Program-made: the position numbers and the translations under genes | The notes under the pieces: model-generated | The model's input: the letters and a program-made list of their open reading frames with translations, nothing else | The model's database searches: none | What the model was told of the DNA's origin: nothing | Origin: a bacterium | GTDB lineage: Bacteria; Krumholzibacteriota; Krumholzibacteriia; LZORAL124-64-63 | Reading direction: 5' to 3' | Assembly: GCA_014730255.1 (NCBI GenBank) | Contig: WJIQ01000136.1 | Span: forward strand, 1 to 64,000 | DNA: 64,000 nucleotides | Shown here: piece after piece, positions 1 to 9,475 of the stretch | Layout: every line of letters begins with the position of its first letter | Position numbering within the stretch: the stretch's first letter is position 1

Positions 1-168
1 GCGGTCGGTCGCCGCGAGCCGCAGCCGCACCAGCCAGGGCGCGAACGCGAGCGTGGCCAGCAGCAGGCGCACCGTCGCCACCCACCACGGATCCAGGCCG
101 GGCAGGAAACGCTTGATCAGGCCGAAGGAGAAGGCCCAGAGTAGAGAGGCGAGCACGAGCCAGAACAT
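1..168 (-). CDS. EamA/DMT-family transporter, N-terminal fragment (gene continues beyond window start)
   Basis: Reverse complement of 1-168 translates MFWLVLASLLWAFSFGLIKRFLPGLDPWWVATVRLLLATLAFAPWLVRLRL..., a typical first TM segment and signature of drug/metabolite (EamA) transporters; ATG near 166-168; absent from ORF track because truncated. Confidence 0.4.
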   Translation of the reverse strand, partial: MFWLVLASLLWAFSFGLIKRFLPGLDPWWVATVRLLLATLAFAPWLVRLRLAATDR

Positions 169-256
169 GGACGCCAATATCGGCGGGTCATGGTCGGTGA
201 ACAAGGACGGCGTGGGCGGGGTACCGTCGCGTCACCCCGAGCTGCGAGGGACGGTC

Positions 257-1105
257 ATGGCTTCCACGGGACAGAAGATCGCCACCGGCTGCGGCATCGG
301 TTGCCTGCTGCTGGTGCTCGTCGTCGGCGGGGTCGGCACCTGCAGCTACCTCGGCATCAAGAAGGTGGTCGACGAGGCCGAGTCCATCGACGTGGTCTAC
401 GACGACCTGACGACGCGCTTCGGCCCGCCCGGGGAGTACACGCCCGCGGCCGACGGGCGGATCGGTACGGTGCAGATGGAGCTGTTCCTCTCCGTGCGCG
501 ACACGCTGCTCGCGCGCGGCGCCGAGGCCGAACGCATCCTCGCCACCCTCGACGGGGCCGAGGGCCGGCCCACCGGACCGATCGCGAAGATCCGCGCCGG
601 CATGGACTTCATCCCCGCGATGATCCGCTTCGTCGCCGCCCACAGCGGGACCCTCATGGACCAGGGCATGGGCCTGGGCGAGTACGCCTACCTGTACACG
701 CTGAGCTACTACGTGCTGCTCGACCGCGATCCGGGAGCCGGTCCCGACTTCGAGCTCGAGGGCGACCCGGGCGAGGCCGAGGGCCAGGTCCGCTGGGAAT
801 TCGACACCGAGGGCGGCACCCCGCAGCAGGACCGTGCCCGCACCAACCGCGAGGCCGTCAACCGGCTCATGCGCCGGATCCTGACCAACCAGCGCGACGC
901 CGCCGAGCTGGCCGGCGAGGATCCCGACTGGATCGCCGCCCTGGACCGGGAGATCACGAGCCTCGAGATCGACCCGGAGCGCCTGCCCTGGCAGGACGGC
1001 CTGCCCGACCGGCTCGCCACCTCCCTGGCGCCCTACCGCTCGCGCCTGGAGGCCACCTGGTCGCCGTATCTGAATGCGCTGGAGCTGGACGCCCTCCGCC
1101 GATGA
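257..1105 (+). CDS. hypothetical membrane-anchored protein (N-terminal TM helix, acidic soluble domain)
   Basis: ORF 53..1105; start moved to MASTGQK (in-frame Met 69) to avoid overlap with divergent transporter gene; TM segment GCGIGCLLLVLVVGGVG; no recognisable family. Confidence 0.45.
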   Translation: MASTGQKIATGCGIGCLLLVLVVGGVGTCSYLGIKKVVDEAESIDVVYDDLTTRFGPPGEYTPAADGRIGTVQMELFLSVRDTLLARGAEAERILATLDGAEGRPTGPIAKIRAGMDFIPAMIRFVAAHSGTLMDQGMGLGEYAYLYTLSYYVLLDRDPGAGPDFELEGDPGEAEGQVRWEFDTEGGTPQQDRARTNREAVNRLMRRILTNQRDAAELAGEDPDWIAALDREITSLEIDPERLPWQDGLPDRLATSLAPYRSRLEATWSPYLNALELDALRR

Positions 1106-1202
1106 TCCCCCGACACGAGGAGGGCCGCCCGCAGGCGGCCCTCCATCGTTCCGGCGATCCGGGCGGCGGGCACCGGCAGCGCCCGCCGATCCAGCCCCGG
1201 CG

Positions 1203-4200
1203 CTACTTCACCAGGACGAGCGTCCGGACCGAGGCCCGGCCGTCGGCGATCAGGCGCGCGTAGTACGTGCCCGAGGCCACCTGACGGCCCGCATCGTCCC
1301 GTCCCTGCCAGCGCACCTCGTGCGCGCCGGCTGCACGGTGATCGTCGACCAGCGTGCGCACCAGCCGGCCCTGCACGTCGTACAGCTTGAGCTGCGCGTG
1401 CCCGGCCGCCGGCAGGCTGAACTTCAGCGTGGTCGCCGGGTTGAACGGGTTCGGCGCGGCATGGTCCAGGCCGAACGCGAGCGGCAGATCCTCCGCCGCG
1501 GTCACGTCCTGCACCACGTTCAGCACCACCGGCAGCACCATGGTCGACTGCTCGGCGTCGTTGCTGCTGAGCGTCAGCTCGGCCAGGTACTCCTGGAACG
1601 ACAGCTCGGTCGCGTCGAACATGACCGACACCTCGGCCATCTCGTCCGGGCCGACCGTGCCGGCGAGCGGCGAATAGTCCAGCCACGGCACCAGCGAGCC
1701 GGCGCTGACCAGGATCGCCATGCCGTCCTCGACGTAGTCGCTGTTGTAGACGATCTGCAGGCCGTCGCTGGCGTCGGCGTTCTCGATGCCGATCGTGCAC
1801 TCGTTGCCGTAGGAGAGCGAGTTGTACTGGAAGACGATCACGCCGCTCTCGTACAGCATCACCTGGAAGGTGAACGAACCGTCCGAAAAGTAGTGCGGCA
1901 CGCCGTCCCACTGCACGATGTAGCGCGCGTTCGCCTCGTCGTGATAGCGATAGATGTCGCCGCCCTGGCTCGGGTTCAGGTCGTCCCAGAAGGGTGCGAC
2001 CATCAGATCCGGCGAGCCGGTGCTCGGCATGGGGTCGTTGGTGTACGGATCGGCCGACGTGCTCTCGAAGGTGATGAAGCCGTTGGTGCAGATGCTCACC
2101 TGCGAGTACATGTCGCCGTAGTAGGGAAAGCTGAAGCCCAGGTCGAACGGGCCGTAGGTCGCGTCGTCGTTGTTGCCGACGGTCTGGCCGAGGCCGCTGA
2201 TGTCGAACCAGTCGTACTCCGGGCCGCCGGGCTCGTTGCTGTCGACCCAGACGTAGCCGAACTGATCCGGACCGCCCGCGCCGGTCACCGGCGACTGGCC
2301 CGGACGCGGGTCGTCCTCGCCCTTGCGCAGGTCGATGGGATCGTGCGGGGTGACCGCCTGGCGCGGCACGCCGCCCAGCTCCTCGGCGGCCAGGCGCCAG
2401 GACAGCGGATCGGCACCGAGGTTGGCGACGGTCAGGATCCGGGAGGACTGCTCGCCGGCGAGCAGGGTCTCGTCGAAGGCCATGGGGCTGACCTCGGCGT
2501 GCGCCCCGAGCGGCAGCAGGTAGAGGTCGAGCGTCGTCGGCCCCTGCAGGTCGACCGGCTCGATCACGCGGCCCACCAGCTCGAGCTCGGCCTGCACGTC
2601 GTAGGTCAGGCCCACCGGCAGGTCGATCGAGTAGGCGCCGTCGGCACCGCTGGTCACCGGATCGACCGGCACGTCCAGGGCCTCGACGACCGCGCCGGCG
2701 GCCAGCGAGCCGTCCGGGCGGTACACGCGGCCCGAGAGCGCGACCACCGGCGCCGGGTCGAACTGGAAGGTCTCGACCGCGGTCTCGTCCTCGACGATCT
2801 GGACGGTATAGCTGCCCTCGAGATAGCCGAAGCGCGTCACCACGAGCTCGACCGCGCCCTGCGGCAGGGTCAGGTCGAAGCGCCCGTCGGCGTCGGTCAC
2901 GTCGGACTGGTAGCCGTCGACCACGCTGACCTGCGCGCCCTCGACCGGCTGGCCGGTATCGCTGTCGACGATGGTGCCCTCGAGGTAGCCGATGCCGCTC
3001 ATCACCGCGAGCACGGCGTCATAGGCGTCGAGGAAGCCGTGGCCGTAGGTGTTGTCCTCGCCCACGGTGCCCAGGTCCTGGGCGGTCTCCATGAGCACCT
3101 GCTTGATGGTGATCACGTCGAGGTTGGGGTTGGCCGAGCGCATGAGCGCGACCACGCCGGCCACGTGCGGGCCGGCCATGGAGGTGCCGCTCTTGTAGCC
3201 GTAGCCGCTGCCCGGCACCGCGCTGTAGACGTCGCTGCCCGGAGCGGAGATCTCGGGCTTGACGCGGTTCTCCTCCGGGCCGCAGTTCGGGCCGGCCGGG
3301 CCGCGGCTGGAGAATCCGCTGATGGTGAACGGCGGGGTCGTGATGGTCGAGCCCACCGAGAAGCAGTTGTACAGGGTGGTCGCGCGATCGGCGGGCGAGC
3401 GCAGGCTCGTCGAGCCGGGGCCCTCGTTGCCGGCCGACCAGGTGAGGACCACGCCGGCCGCCTCGCAGGCGTCGATGGCGTCCCACCAGCGGCTGTCGCA
3501 GTCGACGTAGCCGGAGAAGTTCTCGTTCACGCCCCAGGAGTTCTGCACGACGTCGGGCACGTCGTCGGTGGTCAGGGGGTTGCCGTCGGGATCGGCGAAC
3601 CACTGCAGGGAGTTCAGGATGTCGCTGTCGAAGCCGGGGTTCGCCCCCTGGTCGATGGCATTCGAGGCGATCCACTGCGCACCGGGCGCCACGCCGATGG
3701 TGTCGTCGGCGGCGATGCCGCACATGGTGCCCACGGTGTGGGTGCCGTGGCTGTTGAAGTCGTCGGGGAAGGTGCTGCCGCCGTAGACCACGTCCAGCCA
3801 GGCCTCGCTGGCCGGGGCGAACAGCCCGCGCCAGCGGCCGGCCAGAGCCGGGTGGTTACCGTCGACGCCGGTGTCGAGCGAGCCGATCAGGGCGCCGTCG
3901 CCGCGGATGCCGAGCTCGTCCCAGACGCGGCGAGCGTTGATGTTCACCACGCCGGGCGTGATGCCGATGCCGGTGGTCGTCGATGCGTACTCCTCGACCG
4001 GCTTGATCAGCTCGGGCACCATCTCGGGCTCGATGGCCTCGACGTCGTCACGCTGCGCCAGCTCGTAGATCACGTCCTTGGTGGCGACGACGAACACGCC
4101 GTTGACCAGCCAGTAGGACGTGTACCCGAGCACCTGGCCGCTCGCCCGCGGCGATTCGAGGTCGGCCAGCAGGTCGGCCTGCGTCATGCGGGCGCGGTCC

Positions 4201-4439
4201 TGCAGCTCGTTGATCACGCGCGCGTGGCGGACCGGGAGCGTGGCCTTCTGGGTGTGCAGCGACAGATCGAGTGCCTCGACGTCCACGCGATCGCGCATGA
4301 AGACCATCGCGCGGATCGGATCGTCGCCGTCGGCGCGATCGAGCTGATCGGCCAGACCGGGCGCGATCTCCCCGGCGGTCGCGAGGCCGGAGAGGCAGAG
4401 CAGGGCGAGGACCGGCAAGAGGAACTTGCGCAACGACAT
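1203..4439 (-). CDS. secreted subtilisin-like serine peptidase (S8) with carboxypeptidase-regulatory-like beta-sandwich domains and C-terminal FlgD-Ig/T9SS-type sorting domain
   Basis: ORF 1203..4535; start at MSLRKFLLPVLALLCLSGLATA signal peptide; S8 motifs HGTHTVG and GTSMAGPHVAG; C-terminus PNPFNPATTLKFSLPAAGHAQLKLYDVQGRLVRTLVD...GTYYARL...LVLVK. Confidence 0.9.
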   Translation of the reverse strand: MSLRKFLLPVLALLCLSGLATAGEIAPGLADQLDRADGDDPIRAMVFMRDRVDVEALDLSLHTQKATLPVRHARVINELQDRARMTQADLLADLESPRASGQVLGYTSYWLVNGVFVVATKDVIYELAQRDDVEAIEPEMVPELIKPVEEYASTTTGIGITPGVVNINARRVWDELGIRGDGALIGSLDTGVDGNHPALAGRWRGLFAPASEAWLDVVYGGSTFPDDFNSHGTHTVGTMCGIAADDTIGVAPGAQWIASNAIDQGANPGFDSDILNSLQWFADPDGNPLTTDDVPDVVQNSWGVNENFSGYVDCDSRWWDAIDACEAAGVVLTWSAGNEGPGSTSLRSPADRATTLYNCFSVGSTITTPPFTISGFSSRGPAGPNCGPEENRVKPEISAPGSDVYSAVPGSGYGYKSGTSMAGPHVAGVVALMRSANPNLDVITIKQVLMETAQDLGTVGEDNTYGHGFLDAYDAVLAVMSGIGYLEGTIVDSDTGQPVEGAQVSVVDGYQSDVTDADGRFDLTLPQGAVELVVTRFGYLEGSYTVQIVEDETAVETFQFDPAPVVALSGRVYRPDGSLAAGAVVEALDVPVDPVTSGADGAYSIDLPVGLTYDVQAELELVGRVIEPVDLQGPTTLDLYLLPLGAHAEVSPMAFDETLLAGEQSSRILTVANLGADPLSWRLAAEELGGVPRQAVTPHDPIDLRKGEDDPRPGQSPVTGAGGPDQFGYVWVDSNEPGGPEYDWFDISGLGQTVGNNDDATYGPFDLGFSFPYYGDMYSQVSICTNGFITFESTSADPYTNDPMPSTGSPDLMVAPFWDDLNPSQGGDIYRYHDEANARYIVQWDGVPHYFSDGSFTFQVMLYESGVIVFQYNSLSYGNECTIGIENADASDGLQIVYNSDYVEDGMAILVSAGSLVPWLDYSPLAGTVGPDEMAEVSVMFDATELSFQEYLAELTLSSNDAEQSTMVLPVVLNVVQDVTAAEDLPLAFGLDHAAPNPFNPATTLKFSLPAAGHAQLKLYDVQGRLVRTLVDDHRAAGAHEVRWQGRDDAGRQVASGTYYARLIADGRASVRTLVLVK

Positions 4440-4598
4440 GATCGAATTCCCTTCTGCAGTGTGGTTGGCGGCAGGACGGCCGAGCCGGCGGGACCCCCGG
4501 GCCGCCGCCGGCAATGTTTTCGCATCGAGTCTCATTTTATCACAGATGAACGTATCCGCCCAGCGATTCTGTCGAACAATCAGGAACAGGAGCCATTA

Positions 4599-6593
4599 TC
4601 AACGCACGAGCGCCAGGCGCGCCGTCCGCCGCTCGCCGGCGATCTCGAGCACCGCGAGGTAGACGCCGGCCGCGGCCTCGCGCCCCGCGCGGTTCCGGCC
4701 GTCCCAGCCGACCGTCCGCTCGCCCGCCGGGATCTCCCGGTCCAGCAGCGACCGCACCAGCCGCCCACGCGCGTCGTAGAGCACGAGGCGGGCATGCCCG
4801 GCGGTCGGGCTGCTCAGGTGCAGCGTGGTGCGCGGATTGAAGGGGTTGGGCCGGGCCGCGAGCGTGAGCGCGGGGCTGGCCGGCGGCGTGGCGGTCAGCT
4901 GGTCGAGGTAGGCGTTGCACAGGATCCAGTCCTGCGGATCGAACTGGCAGATGCCCACCCCGGGCGGACCGGTCAGGACGTAGTGCTGCACGCGCCGGTC
5001 GTTCTCGACGACGACCTCCTCGAAACCGAGGGCGTGGTGCAGGCGCAGCCGGATCGGCATCTCGAAGACGGGCTCGTCCTGGGTCTGCTCGATGCGGACG
5101 TGGATGGTGGACCGCTCCGGACCGCTGGCGACCTCGTAGCCGAACAGGTACTCCGGATGCCCCGACCCGTAGATCCACTGCTGGAAGAAGGTCGCCAGGT
5201 CGCGTCCGGAGACGTCCTCCATGGCCGCCTGCAGGTCCTCGGTCGTGGCCGTCCCGTAGGCGAACCGCTCGCGGTAGAGCGCCAGTCCGGCGAAGAAGTC
5301 CTCGTCGCCCAGCACCCCGCGCAGCATGTGCACGACCCAGCTCGCCTTGTCGTAGCTCAGGTCCAGATCGAAGATCGAGCCGAAATCGTCGGGGTCCTCG
5401 ACGTAGATCGTGCCGCCGCCGAGGTACTCGTTTTCGAGCATCTCCTCGCGGTAGGCCGCGAACCCCTCGGTCTGCTCGCGCCAGTAGGCCTCCGACCAGG
5501 TCGCGAACCCCTCGTTCAGCCAGATGTGATGGAAATCGGCGCAGGTCACCAGGTCGCCCCACCACTGGTGGGCGAGCTCGTGGGCGATCAGCCCCTCGCC
5601 GTGGAAGTAGTAGATCATGCTCGAGCAGGTCTGGTGCTCCATGCCCCCGCCCCAGGTGAAGTGCGCGTGGCCGTACTTCTCCGCCAGGAACGGATACTCG
5701 CCGAACGCCCCGCGGAAGACGGTGATCATCTCGGGCACGCGGCCGTAGCCCTCGCGCGCCTCCTCCTCGTAGTCCGGGACGACGTGGTTCTCGACCGGCA
5801 TCGTGGTGCCGTCGAGCGCGGTGTAGGTGTCGGTGAACACGCTGTAGGGGTAGGCGGTGATCGAGACGAGGTACGTGGCGATGGGATAACGCGAGCGCCA
5901 GTGGTAGGTGGCGCGGCCGCCGTCGCGGTTCTCGGCGGCGAGCACGCCGTTGCTGGCGACCACGTACGGCTCGTCGATGGTCACGCGCACGTCCACCGAG
6001 TCGGCCTTGTCGACGTTGAGGTCCTTGCACGGCCACCACGTGCGCGCGCCGTAGGGTTCGCTCAGCGACCAGACGAGCTTCCGGCCGTCGGCCCACGACC
6101 AGCCGAACGCGTTGCCGGCCCCGGACGGATCGCCGTGGTAATCGACGGCCACGGTGACCGTCTCGCCGGGCTCGTAGAGGCGGTCGAGGTCGATGGTCAG
6201 GCGATCGTCCGCGTGAGTGAAGGTCACGGGAGCGGCGTCGACGCGGACCGCGTCGGTGGTCAGCAGCGAGGTCAGGTCGAGCACCAGGGTATCGGTCGCC
6301 TCGTCCACGACGATCGCCGTGGTCTCGACCGTCCCGTCGAGCGTCTCGCCGGCGACGTCGACGTCGAGGTCCAGGTCGTAGTGCGTCACGTCGAAGAGCA
6401 GCTGCACCGGGTCGGGATCGCCGACCGCCCTGTCCGCGGCCTGCCGCTCGAGCGCGGCGATGCGACGCTCGGCCTCCCACTGGCGCCACGGGTGCGGTCC
6501 CTCGGGCACCTCCCCCGGCCGGGGCTGGAGCGGCGGGCCGGCGAGGGTGGTCGCGGCCATGGTCAGCAGCACGAGGCCGAGGAACGAGCGCAT
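4599..6593 (-). CDS. secreted M1-family aminopeptidase (gluzincin) with C-terminal FlgD-Ig/T9SS-type sorting domain
   Basis: ORF 4599..6695; start at MRSFLGLVLLTMAATTLA signal peptide; GAMEH and HELAHQWWG-x18-NEGFA zinc-binding motifs; C-terminus RPNPFNPRTTLHLSSPTAGHARLVLYDARGRLVRSLLD...ALVR. Confidence 0.9.
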   Translation of the reverse strand: MRSFLGLVLLTMAATTLAGPPLQPRPGEVPEGPHPWRQWEAERRIAALERQAADRAVGDPDPVQLLFDVTHYDLDLDVDVAGETLDGTVETTAIVVDEATDTLVLDLTSLLTTDAVRVDAAPVTFTHADDRLTIDLDRLYEPGETVTVAVDYHGDPSGAGNAFGWSWADGRKLVWSLSEPYGARTWWPCKDLNVDKADSVDVRVTIDEPYVVASNGVLAAENRDGGRATYHWRSRYPIATYLVSITAYPYSVFTDTYTALDGTTMPVENHVVPDYEEEAREGYGRVPEMITVFRGAFGEYPFLAEKYGHAHFTWGGGMEHQTCSSMIYYFHGEGLIAHELAHQWWGDLVTCADFHHIWLNEGFATWSEAYWREQTEGFAAYREEMLENEYLGGGTIYVEDPDDFGSIFDLDLSYDKASWVVHMLRGVLGDEDFFAGLALYRERFAYGTATTEDLQAAMEDVSGRDLATFFQQWIYGSGHPEYLFGYEVASGPERSTIHVRIEQTQDEPVFEMPIRLRLHHALGFEEVVVENDRRVQHYVLTGPPGVGICQFDPQDWILCNAYLDQLTATPPASPALTLAARPNPFNPRTTLHLSSPTAGHARLVLYDARGRLVRSLLDREIPAGERTVGWDGRNRAGREAAAGVYLAVLEIAGERRTARLALVR

Positions 6594-6691
6594 GGGCGTG
6601 GACTCCCGGATCGCGAGGCAGGGTGGCGGGACGAGCGCTTCGTCCCTGAACATACGTACCCATCCGTCAAAAGATCCAAGCGAATTCGGAT

Positions 6692-7564
6692 TCACCCCGA
6701 CATCAGCCCACGCAGCAACGGGTTGGGGAACTGGCGGGTCATGGTGATCGCGACGAAGGTCTCGTGCAGACCCGGCAACCGGTCGATCTCCACGAGCCGA
6801 CCGGCCTCGAGCTCGTCGCCGACCACGATCGACGGGACCACCGCGAGTCCGACGTCCTCCAGCGCGAGCACGCGCAGCATCGCCATGTCGTCGACCTCGG
6901 CCGCGATGTGCGGCGTGACGCCGAGCCGGTCGGCCAGCGCATCGAAGCCGAGGCGGATGCTGCTCTCCAGCGCCGGGACGACCAGCGGCTCCCGGCCGAG
7001 GATCGTGCGCAGGTCGTCCCCGCGGCGCGCCCGCCGCGGATGGCCGACCAGGCTGACCGGCTGGTCGGCGATGGTGTGCACGACCCAGGGCGTGGCGCCG
7101 TCCCGCGCGGGCGCCGCGTTGGCCAGCAGCACGTCGATGCGGTGCGACTCGAGCTGGCGCAGCAGGTCGGTCAGCGAGCCCGAGCGCATTACCAGCTCGA
7201 CGTCGTCGCGCCCGAGCAGCGGCGCGAGGAACTGGCGCTGGAAGTTGCGGGACAGGGTCGCCAGGGATCCGACGCGCAGGATCTGACGCGCGCGCTCGCC
7301 CCGCGCACCGAGCGTGCCGAGCAGCTCGTCGCCGAGGGCGAAGATCGCGTCCGCGTGATCGAGGGTCAGGCGCCCGGCCTCGGTCAGCAGGAGCTGCTTG
7401 CCGCGACGCTCGAACAGCGCATGGCCGAGGGACTCCTCGAGCCGGCGGATCTGGACCGAGACGGCCGAGGCCGAGACGTGCAGCTCGGCCGCCGCACGCG
7501 TGAGATTGCCGGCATGCGCGACCGCCCAGAAGTAGCGCAGGTGGTGATAGTTGAGATGCGCCAT
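6692..7564 (-). CDS. LysR-family transcriptional regulator (NhaR/CcpC-like), divergent from icd
   Basis: C-terminal 290 aa of ORF 6692..9037: MAHLNYHHLRYFWAVAHAGNLTRAAAELHVSASAVSVQIRRLE (LysR HTH) plus substrate-binding domain; upstream 490 aa of that ORF is antisense to icd and rejected. Confidence 0.85.
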   Translation of the reverse strand: MAHLNYHHLRYFWAVAHAGNLTRAAAELHVSASAVSVQIRRLEESLGHALFERRGKQLLLTEAGRLTLDHADAIFALGDELLGTLGARGERARQILRVGSLATLSRNFQRQFLAPLLGRDDVELVMRSGSLTDLLRQLESHRIDVLLANAAPARDGATPWVVHTIADQPVSLVGHPRRARRGDDLRTILGREPLVVPALESSIRLGFDALADRLGVTPHIAAEVDDMAMLRVLALEDVGLAVVPSIVVGDELEAGRLVEIDRLPGLHETFVAITMTRQFPNPLLRGLMSG

Positions 7565-7569
7565 GACTT

Positions 7570-7612
7570 CATTCTGTTTCATGAAACAATTTGTTTCAAT
7601 CATTGAATTATC
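7570..7612. promoter_or_regulatory. interlocking palindromes in LysR/icd divergent intergenic region (candidate LysR box)
   Basis: AT-rich island ctgTTTCATGAAACAATTTGTTTCAATCATTGAAtt containing TGTTTCA|TGAAACA (14-bp perfect palindrome), GAAACAA-T-TTGTTTC and TTCAAT-C-ATTGAA; followed by RBS aaaggag before icd ATG at 7691. Confidence 0.5.
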
Positions 7613-7690
7613 TGTATTCGAGAACGGCGCGATATTGACGCCGTCCAGCCGCGCCCGACCACCTCGCGACGCCCGAAAGGAGCCCCGCTC

Positions 7691-9133
7691 ATGCCCACGA
7701 CCCGCATCACCGTCGCCGCCGGCGACGGCATCGGCCCGGAGATCATGGAATCGACCCTGCGCATCCTCGACGCCGCCGGTGCCGACCTCGCCTACGACCA
7801 CGTCGAGGTCGGCGAGAAGGTCTACGAGCAGGGGCACACCTCGGGCATCGCCCCCGAATCCTGGGACACCATCCGGCGCAACCGCGTGCTGCTGAAGGCG
7901 CCGATCACCACGCCGCTCGGCGGCGGCTACAAGAGCCTGAACGTCACGCTGCGCAAGTCGCTCAACCTCTTCGCCAACGTGCGGCCGACCAAGTCGTACG
8001 CGCCGTACGTCTCCTCGCCGCACCCGGGCATGAATCTCGTCGTCGTGCGCGAGAACGAGGAGGACCTCTACGCCGGCATCGAGCACCAGCAGACCCAGGA
8101 GGTCACGCAGGTCCTGAAGCTCATCACCCGGCCGGGCTGCGAGCGCATCGTCCGCTACGCCTTCGAGTACGCGCGGGCGTACGGCCGCCGCCGGGTGACC
8201 TGCATGACCAAGGACAACATCATGAAGATCACCGACGGGCTCTTCCACCGGGTCTTCGAGGAGGTGGCCGCCGACTATCCGGACCTCGAGAGCGACCATC
8301 AGATCATCGACATCGGCGCGGCGCGCCTGGCCGCCCAGCCCGAGCAGTTCGACGTCATCGTCACGACCAACCTCTACGGGGACATCCTCTCGGACATCGC
8401 CGCGCAGATCGCCGGTTCGGTGGGCCTGGCCGGCTCGGCGAACATCGGCGAGACGATGGCCATGTTCGAGGCGGTGCACGGCTCGGCGCCCGACATCGCC
8501 GGCAAGGACGTCGCCAACCCGTCCGGGCTGCTGCTCGCGGCCACGCAGCTGCTGGTGCACATCGGCCAGGCCGAGATCGCCGAGTCGATCAAGAACGCCT
8601 GGCTCTGCACCCTGGAGAGCGGCCTGCACACGCCGGACATCTACCGACCGCAGCTCAGCGAGCGCGAGGTCGGCACCCGCGCGTTCACCGACGCGGTGAT
8701 CGAGCACCTCGGCCGGGAGCCGCGTCAGCTGACACCGGTGCACTACCGCGAGGGCGGGATCTCGGTGCAGGTGGCCGAGGCGCCACGGCGCGCGAAGCAG
8801 CTGCGTGGGGTCGACGTGTTCCTGGACTGGGATGCCGACGGTCGCGACCCCGACGAGCTCGGACGCGGCCTCGAGGCCGCCATCGGCGCCGCGTGGCGTC
8901 TGAAGATGATCACCAACCGGGGCGTGAAGGTGTACCCAGAGGGCCTGCCCGAGACCTTCCGCACCGACCACTGGCGCTGCCGGTTCGTGCCCGCCGAGGG
9001 CGACACCGTCCCCTTCGGCGCCGTGCTCGACCTGCAACGCGACGTCGACCGCGCCGGGTTCGAGGTGATCAAGACCGAGAACCTGTACCTCTTCGACGGG
9101 GAGGCGGGGTACTCGCTCGGCCAGGGCGAGTAG
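7691..9133 (+). CDS. icd: isocitrate dehydrogenase, IDH/IPMDH family, long form with ~130-aa C-terminal extension (Thermus-type)
   Basis: 480 aa; N-terminal ITVAAGDGIGPEIM, DIIDIGAARL and NLYGDILSDIAAQIAGSVG motifs of beta-decarboxylating dehydrogenases; strong RBS. Confidence 0.75.
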   Translation: MPTTRITVAAGDGIGPEIMESTLRILDAAGADLAYDHVEVGEKVYEQGHTSGIAPESWDTIRRNRVLLKAPITTPLGGGYKSLNVTLRKSLNLFANVRPTKSYAPYVSSPHPGMNLVVVRENEEDLYAGIEHQQTQEVTQVLKLITRPGCERIVRYAFEYARAYGRRRVTCMTKDNIMKITDGLFHRVFEEVAADYPDLESDHQIIDIGAARLAAQPEQFDVIVTTNLYGDILSDIAAQIAGSVGLAGSANIGETMAMFEAVHGSAPDIAGKDVANPSGLLLAATQLLVHIGQAEIAESIKNAWLCTLESGLHTPDIYRPQLSEREVGTRAFTDAVIEHLGREPRQLTPVHYREGGISVQVAEAPRRAKQLRGVDVFLDWDADGRDPDELGRGLEAAIGAAWRLKMITNRGVKVYPEGLPETFRTDHWRCRFVPAEGDTVPFGAVLDLQRDVDRAGFEVIKTENLYLFDGEAGYSLGQGE

Positions 9134-9175
9134 ACTCCGTCACGGACCTCGGATGCGTCGCCGGCGCCGGGACCG

Positions 9176-9475
9176 TCAATGCTGGAGCCAGCGCGCGTCC
9201 GAGGTCAAGCAGACCCCGCCGACGCGCTCGAGCAGGGGGCGCAATGCATCCGTGACGGCCTCCAGCTGCTCGGGAGGGCAGGTCGTCAGGATGTAGTGGT
9301 TGTTGGAGACGCCGGTGATGTCGTCTCCCCGCCGGTCGCCGCGCTCGCCCGAGCCGGACACGCTGCGGATCAGCGTGTAGCCCAGGATGCCCAGATCGGC
9401 CAGCAGCTCGACCACCTTCTCGGAGTGCAGGGCGTCGATGACGATCTCGATGCGGCAGACCGGCTTCATGGTCAC
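9176..9475 (-). CDS. PII-like signal-transduction protein (SbtB-like)
   Basis: 99 aa; pattern KPVCRIEIVIDALHSEKVVELLADLGILGYTLIRSVSGSGERGDRRGD...ILTT resembles the PII-fold partner of SbtA transporters; 4-bp overlap with upstream permease gene. Confidence 0.6.
   Translation of the reverse strand: MTMKPVCRIEIVIDALHSEKVVELLADLGILGYTLIRSVSGSGERGDRRGDDITGVSNNHYILTTCPPEQLEAVTDALRPLLERVGGVCLTSDARWLQH

Noticed and set aside
1074-7286. 2070-aa plus-strand ORF and many other very long ORFs (e.g. 10145..14455, 14413..17247, 18246..20108, 50221..54129, 54281..57241)
   Set aside because: Antisense to well-supported protein-coding genes. Compositions are Arg/Gly/Ala/Pro/His-rich with no domains. They are the expected consequence of about 70% GC (rare stop codons), not genes.
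6692-9037. 781-aa minus-strand ORF treated as one protein
   Set aside because: Only the C-terminal 290 aa (LysR regulator, start MAHLNYHH) is real. The upstream 490 aa is antisense to icd and the intervening AT-rich promoter region.
9133-9176. GC palindrome ccggcgccgg between convergent icd and PII genes as a bidirectional terminator
   Set aside because: Short stem without flanking T/A tracts. Cannot be distinguished from chance in this GC-rich DNA.
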